DNA of 63,518 nucleotides, filler included, from Choristocarpus tenellus KU-1152 (Eukaryota > Protista > Phaeophyceae), in NCBI GenBank assembly GCA_964200185.2. It is 7 parts of 7 records of this genome, joined end to end, with 100 filler letters (N's around TTAATTAATTAA, not from the genome) between each part and the next. Parts side by side here need not be neighbours in the genome. Positions count along the whole stretch, not along the records: positions 10,353 to 28,445 come from CAXNAD020000578.1; positions 28,546 to 37,440 come from CAXNAD020004220.1; 5 more parts are not named here. One strand, given 5' to 3'. The position numbers were made by a program, and so were the translations under genes. Of the stretch, positions 23,540 to 36,204 are shown piece after piece (position 1 is the stretch's first letter; the number at the start of each line of letters is the position of its first letter). Under the pieces are notes generated by a model, which saw only the letters and a program-made list of their open reading frames with translations, had not been told where the DNA came from and did not search any database.

Positions 23540-24900
23540 TGTAGACCCCAAGAACTACCACATTCACTGCACCCTCCAGGAATGCCATCTACACGCACTA
23601 CTCTCTGCTCATGGTCTTGCTTCTTGTGATCTCCCTACAAGTTGTTGTTGCCCAAGTGGTACAGTACAGCCTTACACTGTGCAAAGAGGTTATACCAGAC
23701 CTGCCTATGGGTCTCAGCATCATACTCTTGGCATGTCTTCACACTGTTTTTTACAAGATCATCGAGATTGTTTGAGCAAATCCAACTTGCCCTATTCTGC
23801 TGTGAGAAGACCCAAAGTATCTTAGAGGGTAGAGCCGCGTCCATTTGGGGGGTCAATATCCTTGCTCCGGACATACCTTTTCATAACGTATACATTTTAC
23901 CTACCCTGAACTATTTTGGAGTAGGAAAATGTTATAAGAACCCATGGGAGCCAAGCCCCAAATGGACAAAACAGGGCAAAACTCGTACCCTCTAAGATAC
24001 TTTCACTCAGAAGAAGAATCTGAGGTCCAGTATGCTGACATCCGGTTACTGGGCAGGTTGCTTGGTAATGCATATCAAATAGCATATAGAAGAAGGCGAA
24101 GGACCCACCCCTTCCTTGGCAGATACTTTATCTGTCCTTGTATTGTCATCCTGAAGGGAAAACATCTGCTGCTCTAACAGCATGAGTGAGACAAAAAATA
24201 TTTTAAGACCTCCTTGAACGTTTTCTCGTAGAGGTCGCTGGTCATCTCAACAGTCTTGTCTCATGGTACCGTGGGTACAATTACAGGATGATAGTTAAGC
24301 CACACCTCCTCTGTCAGTGGTTAAATGTCGATCTTCCCGTTCTGCCAAAAGTTCAATATTACAAATATGGGAGCATGCGTTGTGGAAAAACATAACTTTT
24401 GGCACATTTGACTTGCTTGCATTGTGGAGAGTCATTGGTGGCGCCTCCCCAGGGACAAGGTATACCTACTGTCGGAAACAAGTTCAAGAACATCTTTCGT
24501 CCAGACGGACCTAGTTAGACGAGGACTTACGACATACCCCATGCCCTTCAGGATGCTGCTCATGATGAAGGCCACCCCCTTGGTCTTCTGCAGGTCAAAG
24601 ATTGATGACTCTTTGGTATGTTGGTGGTGACCACCATGTCCATGACATACCTCCGTATTGTTTTCCATTTGGTGATATTAATTTTCTTGACCCATCTCCT
24701 GGTCTGTTTGAGCACAGGGAGTGCTTCAACCACATAATGCTCCACTTGCGAGAGTTGTCTTCCCTGTCCCTTCGTGGAGAGTCTTCCCCCATGTCCAGTC
24801 CACCATCGAGGTGTTGTGATGCCACCAACACGAACCAATCCAAACGGTTGGGGCAGGTGTGTATTTATTTGTCTGCGATCTGTGTCTGACTGCCTCTTCA
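23540..24900 (-). mobile_element. Mariner-type (plant/oomycete-like DDD) transposase pseudogene
   Basis: Minus-strand motifs in order: VRLDERCS (cf. VHIDEKWF), SKSNVPKVMF, QDDNTR (cf. QQDNARPH), QPAQ*PDVSILDLRFF (cf. QPANSPDLNVLDLGFF), NLDDLVKNSV...VWYNLFAQCKAVLYHLGNN. Frameshifted; TIRs not found. Confidence 0.75.
23809..24008. mobile_element. MITE family A copy 6 (reverse, internal deletion), inside mariner
   Basis: Both TIRs; TSD AGAA. Confidence 0.9.
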
Positions 24901-25630
24901 GACCTTTCCAAAGTCCTTGCTCAGTCTAAATCGTCCAATACTGCATCCTCCGGGTTGTGATTGGGTATAATGGTCGCCTTTCCCTTTGTGCCAAGTTTTG
25001 TGTGTCTGTTGGTGTAGCTGATCTCGAGAATTTGAAATTCTGGTGTCTTGCAATCATACTCTTCAGTAGCAAGGCAACCGAACGTTATTGCACGGTTATA
25101 TTATTTCAGGCTTGAGTTTCACTACCTGCGACCGTGTGCTCTACCTTAATCGAAACTGTTCTCGTGTAGGCAAACTCTCAGACGTTGAGCTTGTCTTGTT
25201 TGAAGCCAACAATTTGAACCTTCAACACTTTACCACCGTAAAATATTTCAACTGCACCGTTCGTGAACCGTACCCTCAAAAATCCTAGTTGTTTATCCTA
25301 CCCAGCAAGAATAATAATAATAATTTTTGATAAATGGTTGGCACAATTTCAGTGTCGGCGTAAAATAATTGTAGACCATACAATGATACGAAGAGTGAAG
25401 GTTTTGATCCAAGTAGCATATTGCCGATATCAAGCTTCAAAGTAGGTATCACATCACAAGTTGACCAACAATCCGAAATGTAGAACAGAAGGGCGTAATT
25501 GGATGATCAGTTTAGTATTAAGCACCAAAGTAACGATCACATACGAGCCGACCAAAATCAATCCATGGTGTTCGTACTATGTTTTGGACGAATTACATGA
25601 CAAACGTTTAAGGTGTGTATAGCATAGGTT

Positions 25631-25704
25631 GCTCTGGTGGTTTAGTTGGTTATAACGTTTGCCTTACACGCACAAGGTCCTGGGTTCGAGCCCCGGCCGG
25701 AGTA
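25631..25704 (+). tRNA. trnV-TAC: tRNA-Val (anticodon TAC), one anticodon-stem mismatch
   Basis: Anticodon arm TTTGC-CTTACAC-GCACA (T:C mismatch), T arm CTGGG-TTCGAGC-CCCGG, acceptor GCTCTGG/CCGGAGT, downstream T-run. Confidence 0.82.
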
Positions 25705-26257
25705 TGTATTTTTGACACAATTTATTTGCTCATATATGGATATATGTACGACGTTGTGGGTCAGTAGTGAAGGGGGTTGTTTGAGGAATTTCGAATGTTC
25801 GAACTCGTTCGACTCCAGACTTGTCACGGAGACAATCTGGTATCGATTAACCAATTCCGTGTGGCAAGCGTATACTTGTATCCTGATCCTGCCTGCACCT
25901 ATTACCATACAAAAGAGCTGGATCGTGATGGAGGTTGGGAACTTCAAACGAGTCCAACACAAGATACGAGGTAGGAGATGGAATGACGACCAGTAGGAGT
26001 GTGGCTGAACCTAATGCGCGAGAAGCAAGGGAGGAAGGGAGAACTAGTAATAGAGTGATAGAGCTATTTATTGTGTGTAAGAAGTATTACAAGGGATTTT
26101 GATTTACTATCTTCGATTTGTTCCCTTACATATCAAAGAGTAAGAAAACTTTCTGAGAGAGTTATTTACACATAGAAGAGAGGGATTTTAAGGCCTCTCT
26201 TTTCCAACATACCTCATCTCAATTGTCCTTGCGGTGCTGAGATAAATTGTATTAAAA

Positions 26258-26740
26258 ATGGGCAACTCTATGAAAGTGTGTAGGCGACTACGAAGCAGTG
26301 CACGAAAGAGATTTCAGACTGTGAAAAATAAAATTGAAGCCTACAACGACAAGGATGGTATCACCAGCATAGGCAAAGTGCATGTGATCGAGATGCTAGA
26401 CAGGTTGCGGAGGAAGATTCTGCTGCTAATGGGTCGGCTGGACTTGAAGCAAAGCAGGCGACTGCTGACACTCTGAGACCATTGTCATGAAAAGTCAAGG
26501 TAGAGATTAAATTAAGGGAAATGAACGCAGAGGCTGAGGACAAGGTCAAGCAAGACTTCTCCATGATGGAGACCACTGTGACAAGGGAGGAAAAAATGTG
26601 TTAAGAACTATTGCGATTCTTCAACGCTTCTAAACGCCATCAGTGCCTAAAGAAGAGATTGCAACGTTCTAAGGTGGACCTTGAAAGTTCAGATAGAAAC
26701 AAGACCTGGAAGAACTCGAAAGAGAGAAGAATGATCGCGC
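26258..26740 (+). pseudogene. Decayed charged/coiled-coil coding remnant, possibly TE accessory ORF (Harbinger-like)
   Basis: Broken frames (ATADTLRPLS*KVKVEIKLREMNAEAEDK) with weak resemblance only. Confidence 0.2.
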
Positions 26741-27408
26741 CTCCACACCTGTGTGGGTGGCTAAGTATAGTATGTGTAGAACACACCCAAGATGGACGAC
26801 TACACCTCAGGGACCACCTGTTCAGTGCTCTCCATCTTTGCTTTGTTCTCTGTTGATTTTCACACTGGTGTTTGTGGTTTCTGATTTACCAACATATTAG
26901 AATAGGTCTTGTGCAGTTTTTTCTCTCTCTTTTTCCAAGTAGGGGACAAATATGATAGATGTTGGGACCTTTTCATTGGCCAAACGACAATAGAAACCCA
27001 AATAATTCAAAAGTTTGATAAATGGAAGAAGAATTGCCACAACAGCAATTAACGGCTCTCATTCCTAGCCCTAACTGTAACATTTAACTTTGATGAGAAA
27101 ACACCGCACCCTGGTCAAGAGTGTAGTTCCTGTTTGTCAATGTGTGCATTATTCCTACGTATTTACGATGTATTATTGTATAATAGTATTACAACAGAAG
27201 ATGCTTGGTGCCCTTTCAGCATGGGTGTGATAGAGCATGTAATGATGTCGAGGGGGTGTAGGTCTTGATCCACGTAGCACATTGGTCAAGTGGACCTTGT
27301 CCTGGATCAAGATACAAAGTACGTACCACATAACAAGTGAAAACCGATTGATGATCGTACTCGTCCAAGAAAACAAAGAACGATCACACATATTTATCAG
27401 CATGGAGT

Positions 27409-27482
27409 GCTCTGGTGGTTTAGTTGGTTATAACGTGTGCCTTACACGCACAAGGTCCCGGGTTCGAGCCCCGGCTAGAGTA
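27409..27482 (+). tRNA. trnV-TAC: tRNA-Val (anticodon TAC)
   Basis: Full cloverleaf; differs from the CAC copies only at one D-loop base and the wobble base; long T-run terminator. Confidence 0.93.
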
Positions 27483-27582
27483 CGCATTTTTTTTTGTTGA
27501 AGTCTACATGACTACTATTAATGATGTATGAACATATGGACATCATCACGTGTTGCTGTGAGAGGATGCAATGTATCTACTA

Positions 27583-28445
27583 AAGTGGTATCAGTAGCTT
27601 CGCTTCGCCTTCTGTGGTAATCTTGAATCTTTTTACCAGAACATCACCACAGATATACAACAATATATATAAAATGAAAGGGTTTGACAAGACCTTTTGA
27701 AGGTTGTAGTGGTTTTTGTATATTCTTTGGGGAACGGGAGCTACGTCCAGATCAAACAATGGAAAAAAAACGCGGGGGAACATCTCCGGCGCAATTTTGA
27801 AGGTCGTGACTTCAAAAAATACAAAATTAAGTTGTTGGCTGAACTCCTTGCAGAAAACTGGTCTGGGGTAGGTCCCTGTCCAAGTTTGGCTGGTGAGATG
27901 TTCCCGAAAAAAAAATCAAGATTTCAGGACATCCTTTTAACACCTTTTGCAGACTTTCTGTGAGGACACACACATGTGACTTACACAGCAACATGAATCG
28001 CAACGGTGAGACAAGGAGAGCCGCCGAGGCCACTCTGCCCCTCGATCTACTTTCAGCACCTTCTCTGTCGAGGGGCCTAGGAAAAGTAAGTACCGTGTGA
28101 CATTTGGTGTGATGTTAGGTGTTAGGTGTACAATAGGGTGCGAGTAGTGTGGCGCATCAGCGTGATCAAATCGTGAAATGGACCACACACAGTCGCGACA
28201 CTTATGCTGAGAGAAGATGCATCGAAAGTGTTACCGCACAAACATGGTTGGATATTCAACCACGTCGGAGAACTGCTCAGCAGTCTCTACCACCTCGGGA
28301 AAACAGGAAGATAGCGATGAGTCTATCACCAGGAGGTACAGTGACGAAGTCTGTGGGGAAGCCTGGTCACAGCGGGCGAAGGAAACATAGTGGCCGCCCG
28401 AAGGGAAGGTTGGGGAAGAGAGCAGTGCGACTGCGTGCCATTGCA
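27583..28445 (+). mobile_element. Second (inverted) copy of the TA-flanked Tc1/IS630-like element, truncated by gap
   Basis: Starts TA|AAGTGGTATCAGTAGCTTCGC; aligns in reverse complement with about 4035-5154 minus the MITE. Confidence 0.75.
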
Positions 28446-29067
28446 NNNNNNNNNNNNNNNNNNNNNNNNNNNNNNNNNNNNNNNNNNNNTTAATTAATTA
28501 ANNNNNNNNNNNNNNNNNNNNNNNNNNNNNNNNNNNNNNNNNNNNGATGAGGCATCGTTTTTACGACACCAACGGGGTATGTATGAGTGGGGGGGGGGGG
28601 GTTCAGGCAACACCGTCGATAAAACAAACAAGAACGCTTTTTATTGTTCGTCTGTGGTTAACCACACGCACCTACTACATGGTCACCCAAAAATCAAGAA
28701 ATTGGTTGACAGGGTTGCTAAACGCAGGATAACTATCTCAACTTAGGTTGAATAGGAGGACAAAGAGGGATTTCACAACAGCTGTAACCAACAAGAGGAG
28801 TAGAGCGCCTCCATCCCACCAACGTTGACAACTCCCTCACCTTTTTGTACATTTTGCGGATCTCTGCTTGTGACACTTCTTTTTTCTTTGTCATTTGATA
28901 GCTTCTTCGAGCTCGTGCTGAAAATATACCTTATCGTACAGCATGTGCTCAACCACACTCTCGGTCACGTCGTTGAATGCTATAAGCATGGGGGGGAAGT
29001 GGGCGAACGGGGCATAAACTCAAGAACCGTTTTTTGTCGTCTCTAGTATTTTTTAGAATACAAATGT

Positions 29068-29311
29068 GAGTCGAAGTATCTTAGAGGGCAGAGCCGCGTC
29101 TATTTGGGGTCAAAATCCAATGTTGCGATTTTGATGTAATTTAGGCCATCATCTTAGTTAGGAAGTGTCAATATCCATGTTCTGGACACACCTTTTCATA
29201 ATGTATACATTTTACCTACTCTGAACCATTTTGGAGTAGGAAAATGTCATTAATAAAAAACATGGGAAGCTAAGCCCCAAATGGACGAATAGGGAAAAAC
29301 TCGTACCCTCT
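29068..29311. mobile_element. MITE family A copy 7 (reverse), second TIR truncated
   Basis: Left TIR GAGTCGAAGTATCTTAGAGGG; stops at TACCCTCT. Confidence 0.85.
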
Positions 29312-32300
29312 TAAAACAATTAGAGGATGTCAGTTTTTTTTTTACCTTTTGATTTCGGAACATTGGAAACGTACAACATCAATTAAGTATGCGCTTTGTA
29401 TTTTTAATAATTGTAAGTACGGATATAATCGGGATGTACAACTTCCGAAAACCGTAATGCACGTATTTTCCCGATCATGGATCTCAGGGTGGTCCCACGG
29501 ATCGCCCCGAGCTCAAACATCGTTCATACGCCCGGCTTCGAATATCATCACCCCTACACTTTCTCACTGCCCAAGACCGCGTGTTGCCCGAAAATACCAT
29601 GACAGTTGCTTCCACAGCAAGGGGGTGGCTTTTGTCGCCTGCGTCGCCCCCTGTGTTTCCCCCTCACCAGCCCGCCAACAATGATGCGCTGGAGCTTTCT
29701 ACCAATGACGCTTCAGCGACCGGCGCCAAGCTTCGCCGAGGATGGGCTCAACCCATCTCGGTCAACGAACAGGGTGACTGATGCAAGCGCTTAGCCTGTG
29801 TGAAGAAGTTCGCGGCAGATAGCGAGTCCTTCCTTGCACGTACGTTGGCCAAAGAGCAGGACATCATCTGGGCGTGTGAGGACTGCCGCAATAGCAAGCA
29901 CTTCGTTGGTGACCGTGTACCTGTCATTAGGTTGGGACCTGGAGGCGGATCTGTGCTCGCGGCCGGCATTCCCGTTTGTACGCAGTTTTTCAAGGCATCG
30001 TTCAGAATATCCAATCATGTCATCGACGCTTGCAAAGGCACACCTAACGCAAGAGCATCCACCGGCGTGGAGAGGTGGGTTTGATGTATGTACACAGTGT
30101 TATTTGTACCCGGTATATTTTTCCCCCTGCTTGATGATTGAACAGTAGTCCTATCTCAGAACAATGTAATCTGATCGTACTCGCCACATTCACTTTGCAG
30201 TTACCACGCCTAGATATCTGATGTACAAAGTTAGAGATCCCTCCAGCGTGGAGTTATGTGCTACCTATATTTGTATATACACATGTGATATGTTTATTTA
30301 TGCTTCAACAATATAATATCATCCGGCCGTCCCTGCGCTGCTGCAGCAGTTACCACGCGTAAATATATACAGAATTAGAGATCCGCTGCTGGCATACGAT
30401 TCCTCTAGGATTCCATCCCCTGTCCCTTGTATCCACCTCCAACACAACTCCCATCCAATTATATACATACGTGCGCCACTACAACAGGAATGGCACGAAC
30501 AAAGATAAGGACATGGATCCGAAGCGAGACCTGGTGATGTCCTGGATAGACTACTGGGCTAATACATACGGGCAGTTCATGCCTCACAAGTCCACAATTG
30601 TGATCTACGCCGAGAACAAAGAGGTAGGTTTTTCCCTTGGTTATGGAGAGGTTGGCCGCACCCTGTGTTGGAGTTAGTTGCAAACCGTGTGACCCAGCAT
30701 TACCTAGAAGAAGTGGATCGAAGGAGTATTTCGAGTGGTGGATGTTTATTACTTTGATCGGTCTGATATTGTGGTTAAAAAAATGTCAAGATTCGTACGA
30801 AGTGCTGTTTTTTTCGTTTGCAATGTCGAGACTACAATGTTGATGGTGATCCTCTTCGCCGCTTTTACAAAGGAAGAGATAATAACTGTCATTTCACCGT
30901 TGTGTACACCTACTCTGCGGCCCCAGGCCCGGTCTGACATTGGTAGGAAACGTGTGTACTTCGTATGTCTAAAGCGCTTCGCGATGATGATGATGATGAT
31001 GGTAGATTCGCCTCGATTACCCTTTCTGCAAACGGCAGCGAGGCCCGAACAGAATGACGCTCTTGGCAGATTTACGAAGATCATTGTATTTGACATTTCG
31101 TAACGCACGATGTAAGCTTGCTTGATCCAGTCTTCTGTGTTCTCAGTCAAGTTATTGGTAAGCCCGCCTTCGAGAGATCTTGCAGCGGTGTTCTTCGAGT
31201 GTTCCTTCTCAATAACTCCTCACTTGCCCACACAACCAACATTATTAATTTGGAGCTATACAAGGATTTTTGCAAAGAGGCAATACAGGTATATCATGAC
31301 GACCCTTCCAAGCGGATAAGCAGGGCGAATTTCCTCTGATTGCTCAGAGAGGACAGGCCCAACATCAGGGTGAGGGTAGGGGGCGAGTTTATGAAATATG
31401 ACATATGTGTCACGTTAAAAGAGAAGCGGCACGGTGCGCCTGGAGTAAAACCCACGAACGACTCCACCGTCCTCGAGTCCATTGATAAGGAGCTGTCAGA
31501 CCATCGAGAGGTAGGTGTCCAGTGTTAACGACAAGGGTACAGTGGCAACATGTCGCCGTTGTTACCCTCCATTGGGAACAACATCTGTTGCCTTTTGCGA
31601 ATGAAGACTCCGAAGCAAGTGCTTATGGCAGCAGCAGCAGCCTCACTCAGCGCAAAAATGTTGTTATTAGTTGCCCAAACACCTTGTATGATAGACTGCT
31701 TCCTGGTCGTCTACAACGGGCTGTGGGAGGGACAGGTCATGTAGCGATCTTCCGGCCCCGTACGTTCGTACTTCCTACCATCCCGATGATACTGTTATTG
31801 TCTTGAATGGAGCAATAAAAAACATATCCAAAGACAAACATATATTGTTACGTACACTCCAATTTGTTACTAACCTGATACGTGTTAACAAGTAGCCATT
31901 TTTTTACAACTCTGAGCAGATTTATTTATTGACAGACGTGATGTTGCTCTCCCCCATTCACCAGATTATCCAAGCGGATCGGCTGGTTATCGCCTACAGC
32001 ACCAGCAGCGGCATGCAGGCCAAAGCCGACGGCAAACCTCTCGGCTTCGTGTTCATGTCGTAGACGCCGCGAACCAGACATCACACGCCCTCCCAGCACT
32101 TTACCCATCTACCCACGGCGGTGACAGGTAACCACGCGCACGCATATTCCATACCTCAACAAGTTTGCAGCCGCACACGGAACAGAATAGACGACCCTGT
32201 TTTATTCTAGGAATGAGTGCAAAGTCCCTAGAAATAACCACCAAAACAGATGCACATAATTCCACGACCTATTCCGTTCATCATGATGACGACGCACCGT

Positions 32301-32916
32301 AGAACCTTTCATTATACGGTTCTTTGGTTCATGTCCTTCTTATCAGGGGCTACTCCGAGCGCCAGAAAATCATGGCCACACACGTCAAAGGCCAGTTCGC
32401 GGAGGTGTTCTTCGCTCCTATCAATCTTGGAGGAGGTACGTATTATGGGTCATGGCTCAACAATCACACGACTGAATAGATGCTGGTTGCGCACGCACCA
32501 CTTGATTTACCATCATGGCGAGTGGACCTGGCGTAGGTTAGATACCCAAGGACGAGTACATCCTTACACGATTTGCCTACAGATACCGCAGGCCCGGTGA
32601 ACAGTCGATTAACTGATGATGCGCTGTGCTCCCCTGCCCTCGTACGCCTCAGCTTTGGAAGGGCGAGAGGGGCGTAAGAGCTAATCAAGGAGGAGGAAAA
32701 CCCACAGACATGTATATCAGTCAGTTGGGTGTATGTGCTCTACATCGCAAAAATAAATTCCATTACCCCTCTTTTTAGCTCCAATTAAACAACGCATAAG
32801 TAAGCAGAGTACTATTTGCCAACAAACGACGGACATCATCGTTCGAGCAGGTTGTAACCTTGTCTGCACAGACACCCACCTTGCCCTCACAAGTCTTATT
32901 GACAAGTACCATAACA

Positions 32917-33174
32917 GAGTGAAAGTATCTTAGAGGGTATGAGATTTGCCCTGTTTATCCATTTGGGGCTTGGCTTCCCATGAGTTCTTTTATGACATTT
33001 CATACTCCAAATGATTTTTGACTAGGTAAAATGTGTACGTTATGAAAAGGTGTGTCTGAAACAAGGATGTTGACACATACTAACAAACACGATAGCCAAA
33101 ATTACATCAAAATTACAACATTGGATTTTGGCCCCCAAATAGACGCGGCCCTACCCTCTAAGATATTTTGACTC
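32917..33174. mobile_element. MITE family A copy 8
   Basis: Full length; TSD AACA. Confidence 0.92.
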
Positions 33175-34459
33175 AACAGCCTCGATCACACGGGAAGTTG
33201 CATCATCCAGCACGCGCATTGGCAGCTAAGAAAGTTTCATCTTGACACGACCTACTCAACACATACTCGCCGAATACCGATCACCAAGTAACTAACTGCA
33301 CGGTCTTTAGTTTTGGTTTGTGGGTTGCAACCTGCATGTATGATGGCGGTGATGTAGAGCTTGCGCTCTAGCACTACTGAAAACATGCCCTGTTCCTCCA
33401 CGAAACGCGGTGAAATGGGCTGATATATTGGCCTCACGCCTATCCCTCCGTCACTCGTAACTCCCCAAACTGGCCAGGTCGACAACTGCGTCTCAGAGAA
33501 CAAGAACAATTTCTTTCTCGGATATGCGGGGCTGTTGGTTGCGGCGAGTGTCATTTGTGTGGTCGAGATACATTTTATGATGGTGGGTCACATGCACATC
33601 CAAATCGATCAGATCTTCTCCAGGTAATTAGGCAAGATATACAAGTGCGATAGCCACATAGTGTTTTTACGCTGACAGATACTGCCTTGAGGCTTGCAGT
33701 TCACGCTTGTTGCGTCCATAGAAGGTTTATGGTCATACACTGCAATTGAGTGATTGACTTTTGATTTCCCCACAACAAAATTGCACGATAAGAGCAGCTG
33801 CCAAAACTGTTTCGTAACCTACTCTCAAAACAAAACAATAAAAAAATGTACGCATAACCCTTTTTTTATTTATACTTCCATATACATGCATCGGAGCATT
33901 TGCCTGCATATATATCTTGCTTCTCTTCTTCGTTTCTTTCGCCCCCGCCTCAAAACTAACTTGCTTGAATTTCACCTTCAGGTTCGCACGTGGTATAAAA
34001 GGGAAGAACATATTCACAAGAACACAGCTGGGTGAAGAGGTGCAGGCCTCTTACACGGAGGTTCCAGTCTACTGCAAGACCCTACGGAACGAGGGCAACT
34101 TCAAAGGACTCCTTCACAGTTGCGTCAACCGTGCTCCCAATATCGCAAGGTACAGGGCTTTTCGCGTTGAAAAAGGCGGTGATGGGCAGGTTAAGGTTAG
34201 CGTAAAGCAATACATGCACAGCACCTAATGGAGTGGGATAGGCGGAGACGTTGCTATCGACCCCAACGCCCCTCCGCACGACCTCTTCATCGGACACCCA
34301 CCTCGTCTCCAAGATGCACCACCCTACCAGCTCAAGAGCGTTCCTGAAGACGTTATCCTGAAGGTGGAGCAGCGGTACCAGGCGTCTCACGAGCGCCTCG
34401 CTGCTGCATACCCACTGGGTAAGTCGATTTTTTCGTGAGGGGAGTTGATGGCTAATTTT

Positions 34460-34977
34460 GAGTCAAAGTATCTTAGAGGGTGAAGCCGCATCCAATTGGG
34501 ACAAAAACCCAATGTTGCAATTTTGATGTAATTTTGACTACCATGTTTGTTAGGAACTGTCGTTATCCTTGTTGAGTGAGAGTATCTTAGAGGGTACAAG
34601 TTTTGCCCTGTTTGTCCGTTTGGGACTTGGCTTTCCTCAGGGGTTTTTATGAATTTTCCTACTCCAAAATATTTCGAAGTAGGTAAAAGGTACACATTAT
34701 GAAAGGTATGTCTGGAATAAGGATATTGACACTTCCTAACAAATACGGTAGCCAAAATTACATCAAATTGTATCCTTGGATTTTGCCCCCAAATGGACGC
34801 GGCTCTACCCTCTAAGATACTTTGACTCTGGTTCCGGACACAGCTTTTCATACATATTCATTTTACCTACTCCGAAACACTTTGGAGTAGGTAAAATGTC
34901 ATAAAAAAACCCGTGGGGAGCCAAGCTCCAAATGGACAAATAGGGAAAAATTCTTACCCTCTAAGATACTTTCACTC
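34460..34977. mobile_element. MITE family A copy 9 (reverse) with nested copy 10 (34574-34828)
   Basis: Outer TSD TTTT; inner copy in opposite orientation with flanks TGTT/TGGTT; outer sequence resumes as TTCCGGACAC. Confidence 0.9.
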
Positions 34978-35947
34978 TTTTGTATTCGGTGGCAGCCAAA
35001 ACAATCTGGTTCAACTTCTGTACGAGGCAGCCTTTACAGCCTTTACAAAACAATCTTGAAAAATATTCCATCCTCATGTGTAGTGATCGTCGCATGTCAC
35101 AATAAAATAGTACTATAGATTACCCCCAATAAATGTTTTGAGGGTACCAATCTTGTACTCAAGAGCGACGAATCCGACGAAATCTACACCCTCCCTCTCA
35201 CTGCATGCTCCCTGTGGGCATTCGTGCAACCTCAAGCCTGGTTACAAAGTAACATTCATTCTTCCATACCATTGATGTTCTCGTGCTCATGGATTCCACC
35301 TTCGCAGACGATGAAGCCGTTCAGAGAGCGAAAAACGAGCAAAGCGAGTCTGTGCGGCTTCTCAAAAAAGACAGGGGAACGAGAGTTCGACCTCCCAGTC
35401 CATTGGCTTCCCACCGATGACAATTGCGCTGGAACTGGTACCAGCAACGTCGAAGACACCGACAAGGGCGAACGTTTGGGTGGAGGAGGTAATCTCATCA
35501 GTGGTGACAATGATCTCGGCGGGCTCAAGGAAACAGACTCTTCCTCATCGGACAGTGACACAGAAGAAGCTGGCTTCCTTCGACGGGGTTTGCCTTGTGC
35601 TACCTTGACATCGTCGAACTCCGTGCAGGAAGGCAGGGTTGCAATTTTTGTGGCAAAGGAGGCGCCGCTCTTGGTCGCCAAGATCCTAGAGGAGCGCTTT
35701 GGCGAGGACGGGGAGCAGGGGGTGGATCTTCACTGACTTCGACCGACCAGTGATCACACAAGTGACAACGCCGCGTTTATGACCCCTGACAAGTACAGGA
35801 AAAGTAGTTTTGCCGAAGGCTACATACACACTGGTGATAGATCCATGCGAACTGGGAAACAGAAGCGGGTTAAGGACGTAAGCTGGGAACCCATGGCGGG
35901 TATTGTTTCGACTTGCGAGACACTTGTTGGGAACGGCAAAAAGATTA

Positions 35948-36204
35948 GTGTGAAAGTATCTTAGAGGTACGAGTTTTTCCCTGTTTGTCCATTTGGGGCT
36001 TGGTTTCTTTCGGTGGTTTTATTACATTTTTCTACTCCAAAATATCTTGGAGTAGGTAAAATGTGTACGTTATGAAAACGTGTCTTCGGAACAAGGATAT
36101 TGACACTTCCTAACAAACACGATGGCCAAATTTACATCGAAATCGAAATATTGGATTTTGGTCCCCAAATGGACGCGACTCTATCCTCTAAGATACTTTG
36201 GCTC
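35948..36204. mobile_element. MITE family A copy 11, inside transposase C-terminal exon
   Basis: Full length; interrupts GNGKKI...TKVLTVLRSAIEARE. Confidence 0.9.

Noticed and set aside
14957-27482. tRNA-Val copies as SINE heads
   Set aside because: Full cloverleaves end directly in oligo-T terminators with no shared downstream body, tail or TSD.
34387-34851. Recurrent small ORFs with SILEGTSFAL / PNGQTGQNSYPLRYF peptides
   Set aside because: Translations of MITE A sequence, not a protein family.
32917-36204. MITE A acting as an introner (self-made intron)
   Set aside because: Ends do not supply consistent GT/AG boundaries; copies in host genes lie deep in existing introns, and exonic insertions occur only in dead TEs.
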